Assembly: GCA_045649305.1 (NCBI GenBank)
Contig: JAZRPR010000003.1
Location: 830 to 64,829 of the forward strand
Length of the DNA stretch: 64,000 bases
Direction of reading: 5' to 3'
From: Candidatus Nanosyncoccus sp.
Lineage (GTDB): Bacteria; Patescibacteriota; Saccharimonadia; Saccharimonadales; Saccharimonadaceae
Position numbers and translations under genes: made by a program. The notes below the pieces were generated by a model. It was not told where the DNA came from and did not search any database. It saw nothing but the letters and a program-made list of their open reading frames with translations. Below are positions 63,524-64,000 of the stretch, one piece after another (position 1 is the first letter of the stretch; every line of letters begins with the position of its first letter).

Positions 63524-64000
63524 ATGAAGGGAAGTGCGTCGGGAATTCTTTATTTCTACATCCATTTCGTCACCGAAGTGCTTTGCTTCTATTTTCTTTA
63601 TTCCTACATCGGCGACAGTATTCTGGCCTGGACGATCCCGTTTGTCTATGACGCGTTTGCATTTGTACCGCAATCCCTAATTGGCCACCTTAGCGACAAG
63701 TTCGATAAAATTCCGTTCGGGATAATCGGCATGCTGACAATGATGGTTGGCCTAGCTATTTTTGCGCTTTTGCCGCAGCTCTCAATATTCCTACCGCTCA
63801 TACTCATCTGCTTTGGTAATGCTTGTATGCACGTAGCAGGCGCCGAAGTCACCTTGCGCTCATCGAACGGCAAAATTGCCCCTAGCGCTATCTTTGTGGC
63901 TGGCGGTTCGTTCGGCGTCATTACTGGTAGATTGCTTGGTAACTTCGCCCCATTCTGGGTCATTCTAACTCTCGCAGCTACCGCCATTCCATTCATCCAT
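63524..64000 (+). CDS. Polytopic membrane protein, MFS-like (3'-truncated by window edge; absent from ORF track)
   Basis: MKGSASGILYFYIHFVTEVLCFY...YDAFAFVPQSLIGHLSDKF (G.L.D loop)...GNACMHVAG...SAIFVAGGSFG; frame open to the window end. Confidence 0.7.
   Translation, partial: MKGSASGILYFYIHFVTEVLCFYFLYSYIGDSILAWTIPFVYDAFAFVPQSLIGHLSDKFDKIPFGIIGMLTMMVGLAIFALLPQLSIFLPLILICFGNACMHVAGAEVTLRSSNGKIAPSAIFVAGGSFGVITGRLLGNFAPFWVILTLAATAIPFIH

Noticed and set aside
1-64000. Alternative genetic code (UGA = Gly, as in some CPR lineages)
   Set aside because: Conserved genes translate full length under code 11, and TGA terminates intact genes (e.g. 22926, 57862).

Overview
Core chromosomal segment of a small-genome bacterium. 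The gene order, FISUMP/InlB-repeat surface proteins and cysteine-poor ribosomal proteins suggest Patescibacteria/Saccharibacteria (inference; standard code 11). Housekeeping content: pheT (partial), ftsE-ftsX-CHAP hydrolase-S41 protease, leuS, rpmF-nusB-NUDIX-rnc, rpsP, khpA, rpoB-rpoC, secY-sortase-infA-rpmJ-rpsM-rpsK-rpsD-rpoA-rplQ-rplM-rpsI, thyA-folA-glyA, trpS, rluA-holB, rmuC, lepB, prfA-prmC and five tRNAs (Ile-GAT, Ala-TGC, Ala-CGC, Ala-GGC, Val-CAC). No rRNA, CRISPR, integrase, transposase or reverse transcriptase was seen. Best leads: (1) an operon after tRNA-Val encoding an RFAP-synthase-like GHMP protein, a Ham1-fold pyrophosphatase lacking its purine-specificity motifs, and a TrpA-less TrpB with Asp at the catalytic Glu109 position, possibly an undescribed small-molecule pathway; (2) two large surface proteins with a shared N-terminal module, an internal VPxTG-TM-basic sorting signal and a second signal-peptide-like segment before different cargo domains, plus a class F sortase coupled to secY; (3) a ~315-nt structured candidate ncRNA after rnc; (4) an RNA polymerase beta' with no zinc-site cysteines, NADYDGD instead of NADFDGD, and a remodelled trigger loop and bridge helix; (5) pervasive leaderless gene starts (-10 box, 6 nt, ATG); (6) a TasA/camelysin-like four-gene fibre operon. 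Protein family calls come from motifs read by eye, not database searches.
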